A stretch of 61,165 bases of DNA, the filler included. It is 4 parts of 4 records of this genome, joined end to end, with 100 filler letters (N's around TTAATTAATTAA, not from the genome) between each part and the next. Parts side by side here need not be neighbours in the genome. Positions count along the whole stretch, not along the records: positions 10,372 to 23,144 come from SRR31147125_23311; positions 23,245 to 50,607 come from SRR31147125_23350; 2 more parts are not named here. One strand, 5' to 3'. The notes beneath the pieces were generated by a model, which had not been told where the DNA came from, made no database searches, and saw only the letters and a program-made list of their open reading frames with translations. The translations under genes and the position numbers were made by a program. This document shows positions 19,364 through 29,696 of this stretch, piece by piece (within the stretch, counting starts at the first letter, position 1; every line of letters begins with the position of its first letter).

Positions 19364-21626
19364 ATGAAAATACAAAACCAAAACAATAAGATTCTAATAC
19401 TGTTCATACTTAGTTTGCTGGCTTGTTCCCGCGAAACAAAACAACCCGTCGATTATGTAGATCCGTTTATCTGTACCCAGGGCGACCACGGGCATTGGCA
19501 TCCTGCTGCTTTGGTGCCCTTTGGTATGGTAAAACTGGGCCCAGATAGCTACCCCGGAAGTTTAACTGCGGACGGCGATTTTGCACATGGTGGTTACGAT
19601 TATTCAGATCATCAACTCCGTGGAATCAGTCATGTGCATCGTGGAAGTTCGGGTGGCGGAAGAATTAAAGACCGCGCAGGACTTATTTCTTTTGTACCTT
19701 TTACTAATACTCCAGCCGACACTTTTTTTGTAAACCCCGTGCTCGATTTCGATAAAAATACAGAAGAAGCAAAAGCCGATTATTACAAAACGCATCTTTT
19801 AAAAGATAATATATGGGTGGAATTAACAGCAACCGAACGTTCTGGAATACATAAATATTCACACCCGGGCGATGCTCCATTAAATTTATTTATGAATTCA
19901 GGAAACCGTGGGAACGCATTTACCTGCATACAAACTTCTTCGAATACAATTGAAGGCTCGGTAAGCAGTTATTATTTTGTTGCGAAATTTAGTTCGCCAA
20001 TAAGCGAAACAAAAGTTTGGGACAGTAAAAACCTTGTAGAAGGCACCGAAATTCAGCATCAATCTTTTGGCGGAATGGTTTTTAAATTTGATGAATTGAA
20101 TAACAATGAACTTCTGGTAAAAGTTGGGCTTTCAATGACTAGTATTGAGGCAGCAAAAAGAATTTGGAAGCTGAATGCCCGGAATGGAATTTTGAAGGAA
20201 TTCGAAAAAAAGCATACCAATCGTGGAGCGATAAACTTTCGGCAATTACTGTTGAAGGTGACAATGAAGATGATAAGACCATTTTTTACACAGCGCTCTA
20301 TCATACCTGCTTTTTGCCGCACATAACCAGCGATGTGGATGGAATTTATCCGGGATTGGATAAGAAAAATCACAAGGCGGAAGGTTACAGGGTGTTGAAC
20401 AACTATGCTTTCTGGGATTCGTTTCGCACAAAATATCCTTTGTATAGCATCTGGATTCCTGATGTTTACCGCGAGGTTGCCCAGTCGTTGCGCAATATTT
20501 ACCACCAGGCAGGAAACTGGGACCCATTCCCCGATAACGACCACCCGCCACATGGATTTTGTTATACGGTGCGTGGTGAAGACCACTATAATCCATGTTC
20601 GACATGCCGCCACGAGCACATGTTAATGGTAATGGCCGATGCGTATTTTAAAGGATTATTCGATTTTCCGTTGGAATCGGTTTATCCACACATGAAACAC
20701 GAAGCCATGATTCAAATGCCCGAACGCTACGATTCTATCGGTTTTATTCCTGCACGACCCGACCAAACCGGCGAGTATTCGTGGGACAACTGGACCATGG
20801 CAAATTTGGCCAAAGAACTCGGAAAAGATGACGAGTACAATTACTTTCTGAAGCGATCGAACTATTGGGAAAATACTTGGGACCCATCAATAAAATATTT
20901 CCGTGCCCGCGCAGCCGATGGCACCTGGCTCGATTTTCCTGACGACCCAACAGTAAATCGCGAAAAATACACCTACGAAGGCAGTAAATGGCACTGGCGA
21001 TGGAATATTGTTCACGATATTCCTGCCCTGATTGAAAAGTATGGAAGTGACGATGAATTCGTAACCGAACTGGAATATTTCTTCGATAACGATTTATATA
21101 CCGCCGGAAACCAGATTGATTTACACGCTCCGTTCCTGTTTAACAAGGCCGGTGCTCCCTGGTTAACGCAAAAATGGGTACGAAAAATTTTAACCGAGCC
21201 AATCGTACAGAAATACGGCACTCACAATTTCTTCCCGGAACCAATTTTCGACCGGGTTTACAAAACAACGCCTGATGGTTACTTATGGAAGAAATGGATT
21301 GCGATTACGGTTGCATGGCCGCCTGGTATAACATGGCTGCAATGGGGCTTTACCAGGTTTGTCCGGGCGATCCTGTCTATCAGTTAACGGCTCCTGTTTT
21401 CAACAAAATAACCATCAATCCAGAAAGCGATAATCGCTCAAATTCATTTGTGATTGAGGCAAATAATTTAAGCACAGAAAATATTTACATCCAGTCGGCA
21501 ACATTAAACGGAAAAGAACTAAACCGTTCATGGATTTCGCACGAAGAAGTTATTGGAGGAGGTGAGTTACTGTTTGAAATGGGGGCTGAGCCAAATAAAG
21601 AGTGGGGGATAACTATTAACGAATAA
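19364..21626 (+). CDS. GH92-family glycoside hydrolase lipoprotein, split by two frameshifts (about 20160 and 21285)
   Basis: YVDPFICT, VPFGMVKLGPD, FYTALYH, WDSFRT, YEGSKWHW, GNQ, YIQSATLNG; three ORF pieces are collinear. Confidence 0.85.
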
Positions 21627-21631
21627 AATGA

Positions 21632-22573
21632 ATGATGATGAAACGAAAAATATTTATTTCAATTACTTTTTTTTGTCTGCTGTCTTTGGCAGTGAGAGCT
21701 GGCAATCCGGACACATTATCTTTTCTGCATATATCTGATATTCATATTCTTTTTGACATTGAGCTCATTCAGAAAGATTTGGCCAAAGAAAGAGCACGTT
21801 ATGCAAATGGTGTGGAACGTTTCAACCAATTTATGCAGACTATTCCAAATAAGACAAATGCTGATTTTGTAGTAGCAACCGGCGATTTAATCGATTATTT
21901 CAAAGGTGAAACACAGAACAACAGTATGTATGGTACGCAGATTGAACAATTCGGCAAGCTGTTGGATAATTGCACCGTTCCTTTTTATGCCATACCTGAG
22001 AATCACGATATTGTAGAGTACACCTGGGACACCACAAGAGTCTCCTCGCAGCGTAAAGCCCGAAAAGCCAGGACTGTTTGGGAAGATAATCTCGAATGTT
22101 TTAAAAATGGCACCTACTACTCTCACGATTATAAAGTAGGTGAAACAACTTACAAATTGATTTATCTGGACGATGGCAAAAATCTTTTCCGTAAAACAAA
22201 GCCCGGAAAAGTTCCTTTCATCGATAAAGCTCAGCAACGTTGGCTAAAAAGGCAGTTGAATGAATCTTCGGATGATATTGAAATTGTGATAATGCATATC
22301 CCGTTTTTACAATTAAATCCTGATAAAGAAGCCAATAGTCTCTGTTCAATTCTTAATTCTCACCCTTCGGTAAAAATGGTTCTGGCGGGGCATAACCACA
22401 AAAACCGCATAAGAAAGATAAATGCTGAAGACAATCCATTTTTTCAGGTACAAACAGGAGGATTGGCAAGCGATTCTGATGCCTGGCGACTTATTCGCTT
22501 GACTGAAAAAAGCATACTTATTTCTGAACCGGGAACAATGAAAAATGAATTAATACTTCCATTAAATGACTAA
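21632..22573 (+). CDS. Calcineurin-like metallophosphoesterase, secreted
   Basis: SDIH, TGDLID, (E)NHD, MH, AGHNH motifs; signal peptide. Confidence 0.88.
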   Translation: MMMKRKIFISITFFCLLSLAVRAGNPDTLSFLHISDIHILFDIELIQKDLAKERARYANGVERFNQFMQTIPNKTNADFVVATGDLIDYFKGETQNNSMYGTQIEQFGKLLDNCTVPFYAIPENHDIVEYTWDTTRVSSQRKARKARTVWEDNLECFKNGTYYSHDYKVGETTYKLIYLDDGKNLFRKTKPGKVPFIDKAQQRWLKRQLNESSDDIEIVIMHIPFLQLNPDKEANSLCSILNSHPSVKMVLAGHNHKNRIRKINAEDNPFFQVQTGGLASDSDAWRLIRLTEKSILISEPGTMKNELILPLND

Positions 22574-23144
22574 TCTATCTTTTAGAAAAGAATTCTCCCT
22601 GCGTTTTATATTAATATTGATTTTCAGTATAAATATATTTCTGAGTGTCGATGCACAATCTAAAGTTGGCGAGGTATTTCCGACATGGAATGAAGGTTTT
22701 CTCGACATTCATCATATTAATGCGGGGAAAGGCGAATGTGCTTTTTTTATTCTTCCTGATGGGACTACAATGTTGGTTGATGCCGGAGCCACCAAACGGC
22801 CAAAACCAAGAGTTACAGATGCAAAACCTAACAGTAGCCGTACTCCGGGAGAATGGATATCGCGGTATATTGAACACACAATTAAAGATTTGCCGCAAAA
22901 GAAACTGAATTATGTCCTGCTTACTCATTTTCATGATGATCATATTGGAGAATTAGCTCCTGATGCAAAAAAATCCAAAAGCGGTGCATACAAATTAGCC
23001 GGAATTACAGAGCTTGCAGAGCATATTACATTCGACAAAATGGTTGATCGTAGCTGGCCTGATTATGATTATCCGAAGCCTTTAACGGATGATTATGTAG
23101 AAAATTATATTCGGTTTGCTAAATGGTCGCATTCAAACAAAAAA
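22566..23144 (+). CDS. MBL-fold metallohydrolase (ComEC/Rec2-like), 3' truncated
   Basis: GKGEC, LPDGTTMLVDAG, THFHDDHIG. Confidence 0.85.
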
Positions 23145-23244
23145 NNNNNNNNNNNNNNNNNNNNNNNNNNNNNNNNNNNNNNNNNNNNTTAATTAATTAA
23201 NNNNNNNNNNNNNNNNNNNNNNNNNNNNNNNNNNNNNNNNNNNN
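23145..23244. other. Artificial contig spacer
   Basis: N44-TTAATTAATTAA-N44. Confidence 0.98.
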
Positions 23245-23298
23245 AAGGTGGTACCGCGATGATTCGTCCTTAGACATACAATGTCTAAGGACTTTTTT
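23245..23298 (+). promoter_or_regulatory. T-box riboswitch 3' part (antiterminator/terminator) upstream of serS
   Basis: AAGGTGGTACCGCG T-box, complementary TCGTCCTT, terminator GTCCTTAGACA/TGTCTAAGGAC + T6; specifier stem lost in gap. Confidence 0.92.
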
Positions 23299-23320
23299 AT
23301 TTAAATGGAGGAATGAAAAA

Positions 23321-24598
23321 ATGTTAGATTTAAAATATGTTGTAGAAAACATGGATGAAGTGGTTGAAAAACTAGAAAAAAGACAAGGTGATTTTAGTTA
23401 TTTAAGAAAACTTGTTGATCTGCAAAATGAAAGAAAGCAAATCATATTAGATGTAGAATCTTTAAAAGCAAAAAGAAATGAAGCATCTAAACAAATCGGT
23501 CAATTAAAACGAAACAAACAAGATGCATCACATGTATTAAAGGAAGTTGCACATATTGGTGATGACATTAAAGCACTTGATACAAAATTAATTGACATAG
23601 AAAAAGAGATTAAAGATATATTAGATATCACACCAAACATACCATCTGATGATACACCTGTTGGTGTTGATGAAAATGATAATGAAATTGTTAGAGTTGT
23701 CGGAAAACCAAGAGACTTTGATTTTGAAATTAAAGATCATGTTGAACTTGCACAACAATTAAATATCTTAGATTTTGAAAGAGCTGCTAAAGTCACAGGA
23801 ACTAGATTTGTTTTTGATCGTGGCTTAGGTGCTAGACTGGAACGTGCACTTATTCAATTTATGATGGATATGCATGCAATTGATCATGGATATACTGAAA
23901 TCATGACACCATATATTGTTAATGCAGATTCAATGTATGGTACCGGACAGTTTCCTAAATTTAGAGAAGATGCATTTAAACTGGATTTTGAGGGACATGA
24001 CTATTATCTAAATCCAACAGCTGAAGTACCAACGATTAATATGTATCGCAATGAAATCATTTCAAATGATGCGCTACCTTTAAAATTCTGTGCATATTCA
24101 ACTGCATTTAGATCAGAAGCAGGATCAGCAGGTAGAGACACAAGAGGAATACTTAGACAACATCAATTTCATAAAGTAGAATTAATTAAATTTGTAAAAC
24201 CAGAATCATCATATCAAGCGTTAGAAGATATGCTAAAACATTCTGAAGAAGTCTTAAAAAGATTAGAAATACCATATCGTGTGGTTAATCTATCAACAGG
24301 TGATCTAGGATTTGGTGCAACCAAAACCTATGATATTGAAGTATGGCTTCCAGGACAAGATAAATACAGAGAAATTGGATCTATCTCAAATGATGAAGAC
24401 TTTCAAGCAAGACGTGCAAACATTAGATTTAAACGTAGCAATGATGCGAAAACTGAGTATGTTCACACCTTAAATGGTTCAGGATTAGCAGTGGGTAGAA
24501 CAATGATTGCGGTGATTGAAAATTATCAAAATGCTGATGGCAGCATCACTGTACCAAAAGCACTTATCCCGTATATGAAAGTCGATAAAATCGCTTAA
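23321..24598 (+). CDS. serS: Serine--tRNA ligase
   Basis: PTAEVP, FRSEAGSAGRDTRG..RQHQF, HTLNGSGLAVGRT. Confidence 0.98.
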   Translation: MLDLKYVVENMDEVVEKLEKRQGDFSYLRKLVDLQNERKQIILDVESLKAKRNEASKQIGQLKRNKQDASHVLKEVAHIGDDIKALDTKLIDIEKEIKDILDITPNIPSDDTPVGVDENDNEIVRVVGKPRDFDFEIKDHVELAQQLNILDFERAAKVTGTRFVFDRGLGARLERALIQFMMDMHAIDHGYTEIMTPYIVNADSMYGTGQFPKFREDAFKLDFEGHDYYLNPTAEVPTINMYRNEIISNDALPLKFCAYSTAFRSEAGSAGRDTRGILRQHQFHKVELIKFVKPESSYQALEDMLKHSEEVLKRLEIPYRVVNLSTGDLGFGATKTYDIEVWLPGQDKYREIGSISNDEDFQARRANIRFKRSNDAKTEYVHTLNGSGLAVGRTMIAVIENYQNADGSITVPKALIPYMKVDKIA

Positions 24599-24649
24599 CA
24601 TAATTTCACATAGAAAAAACATTGACATCCCATAGTGTTTTTGTATACT
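24595..24649 (+). promoter_or_regulatory. Promoter with upstream OmpR/PhoP-type direct repeat
   Basis: TTAACA-N4-TTCACA (24595-24610); TTGACA (24622-24627), 16 bp, TATACT (24644-24649). Confidence 0.6.
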
Positions 24650-24655
24650 ATAGGT

Positions 24656-24722
24656 ACTTCATTTTTTCTCTCGTTTTAACTCTCTATGATATAATAAGTG
24701 TGCAGCGATGCGCACTTATTTT
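24656..24722 (+). ncRNA. Candidate ~65-nt small RNA with CU-rich 5' part and intrinsic terminator
   Basis: Own promoter; CTTCATTTTTTCTCTC seed; 12-bp stem with GCGA loop (24693-24720) followed by T-rich tail. Confidence 0.45.
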
Positions 24723-24747
24723 ATTTATATATATAAGGTGGTAGACT

Positions 24748-25404
24748 ATGAAAATATATTATGTAGAAGATGAAAAAGATCTAGCTGAAATCATTAGAAA
24801 ATATTTAGTTAGAGAAGGATTTGAGGCAACTGTTTTTCATGATGGAGAAACAGCAATGCAACATGTAGGAGATCCGGTTGATCTCTGGATTCTTGATATT
24901 ATGTTAACTGGTGAAATTAATGGGTATGACCTTATTAAAGCCATTAAAGAGAAACGCAGTGAAACATCTGTCATCTTTACATCAGCACGCGATCAAGATC
25001 TTGATAAAATTATGGGACTTGAATTAGGTAGTGATGATTACCTTGCAAAACCATATTCACCAAGAGAACTAATTTTACGGGTAAAGGCAATTCTTAGAAG
25101 AAAAGAGCATAGTGCGATTTCTGAAGTTGTTGTTTATGAACCGTATCAAATTAATGTTTCTAAACGTGAAATTAAAAATGATCAGGAAATGATTGAATTA
25201 ACAAATAAAGAATTTGAATTATTGTTATTTTTCTTAAAAAACATGAACGTTGCTTTTGCACGTGAAGAAATATTAAAGCATGTATGGGGTGAAAACTACT
25301 TTGGTAGTGATCGTGTAGTCGATGATTTACTGAGAAGATTACGCCATAAAATGCCATTATTAAAAATAGAAACAATTTATGGATACGGATATAGATTGTT
25401 ATGA
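24748..25404 (+). CDS. OmpR-family response regulator (CssR-like)
   Basis: VEDE, LWILDIML, GSDDYLAKP, ETIYGYGYRL. Confidence 0.95.
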   Translation: MKIYYVEDEKDLAEIIRKYLVREGFEATVFHDGETAMQHVGDPVDLWILDIMLTGEINGYDLIKAIKEKRSETSVIFTSARDQDLDKIMGLELGSDDYLAKPYSPRELILRVKAILRRKEHSAISEVVVYEPYQINVSKREIKNDQEMIELTNKEFELLLFFLKNMNVAFAREEILKHVWGENYFGSDRVVDDLLRRLRHKMPLLKIETIYGYGYRLL

Positions 25405-26702
25405 AAACAATGAAATTAGCGACACAAATTAATATTATATTTACGATTGTTTCGTTACTTTCTAGTTTTGTTTTTTTGTTTGCATTAAATCGTGTATTTA
25501 GAGAAATTAGTGAAGATCAAAATGAAGTGCAACTTCAAGCATATTTTGATGATATAAGACAAGAACCTATTTTTTCTGATGCTGATGCAGAAGAACTCTA
25601 TAATGCATATAATGGCTTTGCGATATTTGATGCACAGGGTACAAATTATTCATCAAATTTTGAATCAATAGATAAAAGATTTAATGAAACATCATTATAT
25701 GTCTATTATCTTTCATTTTGGAAACCTTCTGATTTCGCGATTAACACGAATCCTTCAATTAGACAAACGAAGACAATTGATGGTTATACATTTCTCATTG
25801 AAACAACAAGAGAAAAAGTGTTTATCGCATTTACGGGTACTGATTATATTAAAGATACTGGTAATCAATTTTCAGTATTAGTACAAATTAGTTTTATTGC
25901 GATGATTGTATTAGGAAATGTGATTATTTTAACATGGTCAAGGTTAACAGTTGATCGCGTACGTAAGCTAGAAACAGATGTTGGTAACCTTACGAAATAT
26001 AATTATCAAGTCCCTATTGATATATCAGGGCATGACGAGATTACAAAACTTGCTAAATCAATTGAGAAGATGCGTCGAGAAGTTGCAAAAACTGAAAAAT
26101 CAAAAAAAGAAATGCTACAAAATGTAGGACATGATTTTAAAACACCAATTGCAGTCATTAAATCTTATGCAGAAGCGATTGCTGATGGTATATCAGATCC
26201 TGAAGAAGCAAATGTCATTATTAAGCAAGTGGATTTGTTAAACTTAAAAGTTAAACAATTGATGGAATTTAATAAATTGGAATATTTAAAAGATTCAACT
26301 GAATTTGAAATGATTTCAATTAAAGAAGTTATCTCAAATATTGTTGATAACCAAAAGTATCGTTCAAACATTGAATTTATTACGGATTTAGATGATTCGA
26401 AATATTATGGTATTAACGAGAATTTCCAAGTCATTTTTTCAAACATTGTTGATAATGCTTTGCGTTATGCGACATCACGTATTGAAATTACTTTAAAACA
26501 TAAAAAACTCACCTTCTATAACGATGGTGAACCCATTAGTCAAAAATTTATTGATAGTATGTTCACCCCTTACGATAAAGGGCATAAAGGACAATTTGGA
26601 TTAGGCATGAGTATTGTTCAAAAGACATGTCAACATTTTAATTTAACATTGACTGTTGAAAATATTAATGATGGTGTGATGTTTACCATTAAACCTATAT
26701 AG
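25401..26702 (+). CDS. Sensor histidine kinase with HAMP domain (CssS-like)
   Basis: Two TMs, HDFKTP H-box, NIVDNALRYA, GQFGLGMSIV. Confidence 0.95.
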   Translation: MKTMKLATQINIIFTIVSLLSSFVFLFALNRVFREISEDQNEVQLQAYFDDIRQEPIFSDADAEELYNAYNGFAIFDAQGTNYSSNFESIDKRFNETSLYVYYLSFWKPSDFAINTNPSIRQTKTIDGYTFLIETTREKVFIAFTGTDYIKDTGNQFSVLVQISFIAMIVLGNVIILTWSRLTVDRVRKLETDVGNLTKYNYQVPIDISGHDEITKLAKSIEKMRREVAKTEKSKKEMLQNVGHDFKTPIAVIKSYAEAIADGISDPEEANVIIKQVDLLNLKVKQLMEFNKLEYLKDSTEFEMISIKEVISNIVDNQKYRSNIEFITDLDDSKYYGINENFQVIFSNIVDNALRYATSRIEITLKHKKLTFYNDGEPISQKFIDSMFTPYDKGHKGQFGLGMSIVQKTCQHFNLTLTVENINDGVMFTIKPI

Positions 26703-26727
26703 CATTGATTAAAATATCATATGAAAC

Positions 26728-26761
26728 AAAAGCTAGATCTAACTCGAGATCCAGCTTTTTT
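26728..26761. terminator. Bidirectional terminator between the kinase and HIT genes
   Basis: AAAAGCTAGATCT...AGATCCAGCTTTTT between convergent genes. Confidence 0.7.
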
Positions 26762-26806
26762 ATATAAATATGAAGATTGCTATGTGCGAAATTAACAATG
26801 ATATGT

Positions 26807-27223
26807 TTATTTGGCTAATTCTTTTTTTATGAGAGTTGCTCTATCTTCAAACTCAGCATTTGATAACTGATCTAAATGATTGCTAAATTTAAATCCTACA
26901 TCATCGCTAGTATATCTTGGTATGATGTGCACGTGAAAATGAAAGACTGTTTGTCCAGCATCAGCACCATTATTATTAAGAATATTAAGTCCTGTTGGAT
27001 GAAATCCTTGATTGATAGCTATGGATATTTTTTTAACAACTTTCATGAGTTTTGCTAATAAATCATCAGGCATCTCATAGATGTTTTTATAAGCTTTTTT
27101 AGGCACAACCAATGTATGTCCTTTGGTTGCTTGAGAAATATCTAAAAATGAAATCATATCATCATCTTCATAGACAATGTATGCAGGAATTTCTCTTGCA
27201 CATATTTTTTCAAAAATTGTCAT
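26807..27223 (-). CDS. HIT family nucleotide hydrolase
   Basis: GQTVFHFHVHIIPR histidine triad. Confidence 0.95.
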   Translation of the reverse strand: MTIFEKICAREIPAYIVYEDDDMISFLDISQATKGHTLVVPKKAYKNIYEMPDDLLAKLMKVVKKISIAINQGFHPTGLNILNNNGADAGQTVFHFHVHIIPRYTSDDVGFKFSNHLDQLSNAEFEDRATLIKKELAK

Positions 27224-27320
27224 TTTATCAACCTTCTTTCTTGGCTTTATTCTAACACAATTTATTGAAATAAAAATGATAAAATGCTATAATTGTTTCG
27301 TATATAGGAGGAATTAACAC

Positions 27321-27911
27321 ATGAAAAAAATACCAGTAGGAATTTCTGGACGTCATCTCCATGTAACACGAGAAGATTTAGAAACTTTATTTGGAAAAGG
27401 GTATGAGTTAACACCCTTAAAAGACTTAAGCCAACCTGGCCAATACGCTGCACAAGAAAAAGTAGACGTAATAAGCCCAGGCGGTAGAGAATTAAAAGGT
27501 GTACGCATTTTAGGTCCTGTAAGACCTGCATCTCAATTAGAGATTTCAAAAAGCGACGCTATTAGAGGTAAGTTTGAAGCACCTGTGCGTTCAAGTGGTG
27601 ATGTAGCTGGATCTGGTCCTGCGACATTAGTTGGACCTAAAGGGAAAGTTGAATTAAAAGAAGGCGTGATTATCGCTGATAGACATATTCACTTTTCACT
27701 AGAAGATGCAAAAACATTTGATGTTAAAAATGGAGATGTAGTCTCTATTAAAGTATCAAGTGTCAAATCAGGTATTCTAGATAATGTGCTATGCCGTGTG
27801 AGTGCTAAATATGCACTTGACTGTCATTTAGATACAGATGATGGTAGCGCGTTTATGTTATCGACAGGTGACGAAGTAGAACTTGTAAAATCTTACACGA
27901 TTAATAAATAA
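27321..27911 (+). CDS. pduL: Phosphate propanoyl/acetyltransferase PduL
   Basis: IPVGISGRHLH, LSQPGQYA, VRILGP, RHIH, HLDTDD. Confidence 0.92.
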   Translation: MKKIPVGISGRHLHVTREDLETLFGKGYELTPLKDLSQPGQYAAQEKVDVISPGGRELKGVRILGPVRPASQLEISKSDAIRGKFEAPVRSSGDVAGSGPATLVGPKGKVELKEGVIIADRHIHFSLEDAKTFDVKNGDVVSIKVSSVKSGILDNVLCRVSAKYALDCHLDTDDGSAFMLSTGDEVELVKSYTINK

Positions 27912-27933
27912 GTGCCTGCATAGGCACTTTTTT
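27910..27933 (+). terminator. Intrinsic terminator after pduL
   Basis: AAGTGCCT-GCAT-AGGCACTT plus T-run. Confidence 0.75.
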
Positions 27934-27949
27934 AACTTTTGGAGGACAC

Positions 27950-29154
27950 ATGAAAAAATTAGATAGACAACAAGTGTTAAAAGATCCGATTTACGGATAT
28001 ATACACATTGATTATCAAGTGATTAAGGATTTACTAAATACATCGATATTTCAACGACTAAGAAGAATTAGACAATTAAGTGGTGTACAAATGGTATTTC
28101 ACGGTGCAGAACATTCTAGATTCTCACATAGTCTAGGCGTCTATGAAGTTGCCTATCGATTTTTAAGTGTGCCTGATATTAACCAAGCATTATCCGATAG
28201 AGAAAAAGGATTATTGCTTGCTACAGCTTTGCTACATGATATTGGTCATGGTGCATACTCTCATGCATTTGAAGATATTGTAGGAACAAATCATGAACAC
28301 GTAGGGGCAAGACTAATTGTAGAGCATCCAGTATTAAGAAAAGTTTTAGATCAAGTTGATGATGAGTTTGCAATTGATGTTGCAGATATTTTATTAAAGA
28401 AAAAAGATTTCCACTTATTGAACAATTAGTATCTAGTCAATTAGATGTTGATCGTCTTGACTATTTGGAACGAGATGCATATTTCACAGGCACTGCATAT
28501 GGTCACATTGATCTTGATCGCATCATTCGTGTTTGTCATGTAAGAGATGGAAAAATAGTATTTAAAGAAAGTGGTATAGGTGCTATTGAGAATTATTTAA
28601 TTAGCAGATATCATATGTATTGGCAAGTATATTATCATCATGTGTCAAGAGCTTATGAAGTTATATTAGAAAAAATATTTAAACGTGTTAAATGGTTATG
28701 TTTAAATCATTTTAATTTTAAATCAAATATAATGCCACTTAAAAAAGTGATTGAAAATAAAGATGATTTAGAACATTATCTCATGATTGATGACTTTTAT
28801 ATGAATGGTTTAATCGCAAGTTTCTTATATTCAGAAGATGACGTATTAAAGCGATTATCAGATGATTTTTTAAATCGTCATATTTGGGCTTATGTTGATG
28901 ATACCAAAGATAACGAGCAAACAATCAAAGATATAAAGGCATCATTTTCTAAAGAGGATCAACCATACTACACTGCACATAAAACGGTATCAAATTTAAC
29001 ATATATTGATGGTGGTAAGAAGTTTGGAGACCGCATTTATATATTAATGCCAAATCAAGAAATTAAATCATTAAAAGATTGTTCACAAATTATAGGAAGT
29101 TTAGTAGAATCTGGGAAAAGACAAGATCCTAAATTCTTTTATAAAAAAATATGA
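27950..29154 (+). CDS. HD-domain dNTP triphosphohydrolase-like protein (YwfO type), one frameshift near 28400
   Basis: FQRLRRIRQL, HSRFSHSLG, LLHDIGHG; adding one A restores ...SSQLDVDRLDYLERD. Confidence 0.88.
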
Positions 29155-29696
29155 GACAAAAAATATTTGTTGTTGAAGGAAAAAACGACGCATCAAGACT
29201 ATATCAAATACTCGGTGATATCAAAGTAGTGACAACCAATGGCTCAGAAATCAGTGATGAAACAATTGATATGTTAAAAGCACTTGATGAGACACATGAT
29301 TTGATATTATTCCTAGATCCAGATTTTCCTGGACAACGCATACGCTCTATATTAGAGAAACATTTAGAGCATATTGCACACGCACACATTGAGAAAAAAG
29401 ATGCGATTAGCAAGAATCGTAAAAAAGTGGGTATTGAACATGCAACAGATGAAACAATCTTAAATGCACTTTCTCATATTAAGTATAAAAACGATGAGAC
29501 AAGTGATGTAGATATGTATTTTTTATATAAGCATCAATTAATCGGTACCCCACAAAGTAAAGCGTTAAGATTAAAAGTTGCTAAAACAATGCATTTAGGA
29601 CACGTTAACGGGAAGACATTATTATATCGATTGCATATGTTTGGATATATGCAAAAAGACGTCATAGAGGTATTAAAACATGAGACATCAAGCTAA
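29151..29696 (+). CDS. rnmV: Ribonuclease M5
   Basis: VVEGKND, DPDFPGQRIR TOPRIM motifs, VGIEHA; precedes rsmA. Confidence 0.92.
   Translation: MRQKIFVVEGKNDASRLYQILGDIKVVTTNGSEISDETIDMLKALDETHDLILFLDPDFPGQRIRSILEKHLEHIAHAHIEKKDAISKNRKKVGIEHATDETILNALSHIKYKNDETSDVDMYFLYKHQLIGTPQSKALRLKVAKTMHLGHVNGKTLLYRLHMFGYMQKDVIEVLKHETSS

Noticed and set aside
11884-22943. Numerous antisense or overlapping short ORFs in the ORF track
   Set aside because: Shadows of real genes with no motifs or initiation signals
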